Of a stretch of DNA of 8,500 nucleotides, positions 6,445 to 8,500 are shown in pieces. Made by a program: the position numbers and the translations under genes. The first letter of the stretch is position 1, and every line of letters starts with the position of its first letter. The notes beneath the pieces are model-generated. The model made no database searches, was not told the origin of the DNA, and saw only the letters and a list, made by a program, of their open reading frames with translations. This DNA is from Promethearchaeota archaeon (GTDB lineage: Archaea > Asgardarchaeota > Thorarchaeia > Thorarchaeales > Thorarchaeaceae), in the NCBI GenBank assembly GCA_027031765.1, contig JALVPN010000122.1:1-8500 (forward strand), read 5' to 3'.

Positions 6445-7371
6445 CTAGAGGGAGCTCTCGCTCGTGAGAGGCCTCTGTGCACCGTAGCCTGTCATGCACT
6501 GGTGCTTGCAGTCTGAGCATCCTGTCGCGCACTGGGGGAGTCTAGGGTAGAGGGTTCCAGCACTGAGCCATCTATGATCCGGGCGCCCAGAAACATATGA
6601 TATGTGTGGCACGTATCTCGTGTGGTGGAGAAGCTTCCAGACCGGATTGGTCTTCATTATCCGTGCCGGTTGTTCAAGTACGGGCCCAGACTGCGCCATC
6701 GCGTCTTGGGTGTCCCACAGCTCACTCTCAGGGAGGAAGGCAAATGTTACAAGGCGCGTGACCGCGACACCGCCCATCTCAGAGTACATTTCCAGCACCT
6801 TGTTTCGTACTGACTGAAAGCCTCTGGTGTCGAAGGCACACAGCGTTACGTGTAACCTCGTATCAGCATCTAGCAGGCGCTGCAGTGTTCCTCTTGAGGG
6901 CGCTCTCCACACTCGTGTGAGGACTACAGGTATCTTGTCGTGGGCGGCGACAATCTCAGCCACACGGGCTGTGGTCACCCAGTCGAAGCATGGGTCTCCG
7001 TTCACCCCAATCCTGACCCACCCGACGTCAAGTCGCTGCAAATCTCGCGAGAGAACCAGTTCGTCCAGAATCATGGGGACGGGGACGTCGAATATGATGT
7101 GAAACCTACGTGAGGCCTCTTTTGCGTAGCAGCCCCACCAGCATCCATACCCATTGTTTGTCCGTCCACCAGTGCACCCTCTGACAGGATCAAGACAGTT
7201 GCCCCAACGTACCACCCTTCGGCCTGGGGGACGCGACATGCTATCCGTGCTCGCGGTCTTGTTCGTACCAAACAGCCTGATACGCACCCGTTTGTAGGGT
7301 GCATGCGGTCGTCCTGATGATACCACCTCTCCCACACTACTCTGGTGTCCCATCTCAATGTTGTGCCTCAT
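6445..7371 (-). CDS. Non-canonical radical-SAM-like Fe-S protein (SPL/DUF5131-like fold)
   Basis: LDPVRGC-x10-C-x3-CYA (7176-7129) resembles the NPxxGC...CYA start of SplB-like/DUF5131 proteins. It is followed by VRIGVNGDP, VVLTR and VTLCAFD barrel strands, and a C-terminal CATGCSDCKHQC (6531-6496). Start is ATG 7371 or 7353 (TAATATA at 7399-7393); the Cys-rich extension to 7575 in the track is probably not translated. Confidence 0.75.
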   Translation of the reverse strand: MRHNIEMGHQSSVGEVVSSGRPHAPYKRVRIRLFGTNKTASTDSMSRPPGRRVVRWGNCLDPVRGCTGGRTNNGYGCWWGCYAKEASRRFHIIFDVPVPMILDELVLSRDLQRLDVGWVRIGVNGDPCFDWVTTARVAEIVAAHDKIPVVLTRVWRAPSRGTLQRLLDADTRLHVTLCAFDTRGFQSVRNKVLEMYSEMGGVAVTRLVTFAFLPESELWDTQDAMAQSGPVLEQPARIMKTNPVWKLLHHTRYVPHISYVSGRPDHRWLSAGTLYPRLPQCATGCSDCKHQCMTGYGAQRPLTSESSL

Positions 7372-7392
7372 GCCATTGGGTACTGATGGAGG

Positions 7393-7399
7393 TATATTA
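7393..7399 (-). promoter_or_regulatory. TATA-like box for the radical-SAM gene
   Basis: Minus strand TAATATA, 22 nt upstream of ATG 7371 and 40 nt upstream of ATG 7353. Confidence 0.4.
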
Positions 7400-7647
7400 G
7401 CAACCCAGTTTCTGAACTGCAGGTTCCCACAACACGAGTGGCCTGAGAGTCTTGATTGGAACAGGTACGAGTGCCTTCGAAACGGTCGTAGTATGCAGCA
7501 GCATTCAAGACATGGACAGCAGGCAGCAGAACAAATGAGAGCATACCGCCTTGCAGCCCCGGGACTCTGACGCACAGTAGGCCCCTAGTCTCGTCAGTAT
7601 GGACTCGATGGCAGGAAGAAGGGTGACATGGCGAGTCCGTGCACAAA

Positions 7648-8500
7648 CTATTCTCTTGCATGCGTTAGCAGGTACTCGTAGACGCTTTGCCAAATCTTGT
7701 TGTCGTCCCGCATCTTGTTCTCGAAGTTGTGGATGGACACGAACTGGCGGAGTGCCTCTCGGGCCCGGTCGGGAAAGCCCCGTGGCTCCACGGCCTTGAG
7801 GAGTCCCAGTTGTACCAGGGCCTCTTGGACTCTGCGTGCGACCTCACCCTCTATTGGGAGCAGCCTGCTCGGATGCTCTCTGTTGAGGAGTGTCATGTCG
7901 TAGACCTTGAAGATACGTTCCAGTTCCTCAATGGGACTTGGGTGGTCGTCGACGCGTACGTCGACATACCTGTCAGAACCGCCCTCGTAGCCGCCGCCCT
8001 CCCTTACGACCAGGACTGCAGCAGACTGCATGCCACGTCTGTCACCACCTGCGGCCTGTCCTGCCCGCAGTGCCGCGAACAGCCTGTCGATAAGGTCACC
8101 CTCAGTTGACTCGAAGGCCTCCGCCATTGATGACACGACCTCTTCGCCTGCAAGGATGTTGCCTTGGCACGCATACCCATCGCCTATGACATGCCCTGCC
8201 CACTCCAAGCACTCCTCACCTGTGTGGGCCGCTGCGCGGCCTTTGGAGTCAACAATCCCCACCTGTCGGTGTCCGGCACGCTCGTCGTCCCTGATGAGCT
8301 CCCTTAGTACCTGTTGTGCAGACAGTCCTCTCTCCAGCAGGTCGAGTCCACGGGGGCCGTATGATACGTTTGCCCAAGCCTGTGTCGCTATTGCACCCAC
8401 CTGTGCCCGCGCCCACGGGACGATTGAACCGACAGCTGGGAACTTGCTCTGGACGATGACTCCCAGGTCGCCGTTCTCCGGGTCGCGTGCCACGACGGAG
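7648..8500 (-). CDS. DUF1028 family protein (Ntn-hydrolase-like) with a C-terminal putative peptidoglycan-binding-like domain; first few codons lie outside the window
   Basis: The frame is open to the edge: SVVARDPENGDLGVIVQSKFPAVGSIVPWARAQVGAIATQAWANVSYGP...AAAHTG.EC..WAG...QGNILAGEEV...AGGDRRG.QSAA...DVRVDDHPSPIEELER. The family N-terminus is MTFS[IV]VARD, so about 3 residues are missing. Confidence 0.95.
   Translation of the reverse strand, partial: SVVARDPENGDLGVIVQSKFPAVGSIVPWARAQVGAIATQAWANVSYGPRGLDLLERGLSAQQVLRELIRDDERAGHRQVGIVDSKGRAAAHTGEECLEWAGHVIGDGYACQGNILAGEEVVSSMAEAFESTEGDLIDRLFAALRAGQAAGGDRRGMQSAAVLVVREGGGYEGGSDRYVDVRVDDHPSPIEELERIFKVYDMTLLNREHPSRLLPIEGEVARRVQEALVQLGLLKAVEPRGFPDRAREALRQFVSIHNFENKMRDDNKIWQSVYEYLLTHARE

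Noticed and set aside
5779-6447. Amber (Pyl) read-through: the radical-SAM TAG is followed in frame by about 220 open codons, and a GTG at 2502 opens a frame with an in-frame TAG at 2580.
   Set aside because: TAG is the ordinary stop of chrB, the 3076 gene and DUF1028 in this window, and the extensions are not protein-like.
6134-6448. + strand Cys-rich ORF (CKMACIAC...CCCMC) as a ferredoxin or metallothionein.
   Set aside because: No CxxCxxCxxxCP pattern, a weak TTG start and no promoter/SD; it is the antisense of the FCL-like segment.
7372-7575. Cys-rich N-terminal extension of the radical-SAM ORF (CSAACCPCLECCC) as a metal-binding domain.
   Set aside because: It lies upstream of a TATA-like box and two better ATGs; the Cys codons derive from GCA/CAG-rich sequence on the other strand.
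1-8500. CRISPR array, transposase or integrase.
   Set aside because: No regularly spaced repeats and no DDE, HUH or tyrosine-recombinase motifs were seen in any ORF.

Overview
GC-rich (roughly 58-60% by eye) archaeal DNA. The XPB-type helicase, TATA-like boxes and GGAGGT/GTGAT ribosome-binding sites point to an archaeon; an Asgard/Thorarchaeota-like host is my inference only. Left to right: the 5' part of an XPB/Rad25 helicase (-, runs off the left edge and is missing from the ORF track), a stand-alone ChrB-type protein (-), a multi-TM hypothetical protein (+), a decayed Thr-rich/TM anchor fragment, two small membrane proteins (+, the second rich in His/Cys), an AlkD-like DNA alkylation repair protein (+), a BglII/BstYI-family restriction endonuclease with no methyltransferase in the window (-), a ~750 bp apparently non-coding gap holding an EndoIII-type Fe-S loop remnant and an 11-bp inverted repeat, a non-canonical radical-SAM-like protein (CX10CX3C plus C-terminal CX3CX2CX3C) (-), and an almost complete DUF1028 Ntn-hydrolase-like gene (-). 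The best lead is the co-oriented radical-SAM + orphan BglII-like nuclease pair, in a window where GATC is strongly depleted (7 sites by hand count, about 30 expected). It could be a methylase-independent DNA modification/restriction module, but this is unproven. No tRNA, rRNA, CRISPR array or transposase was seen.
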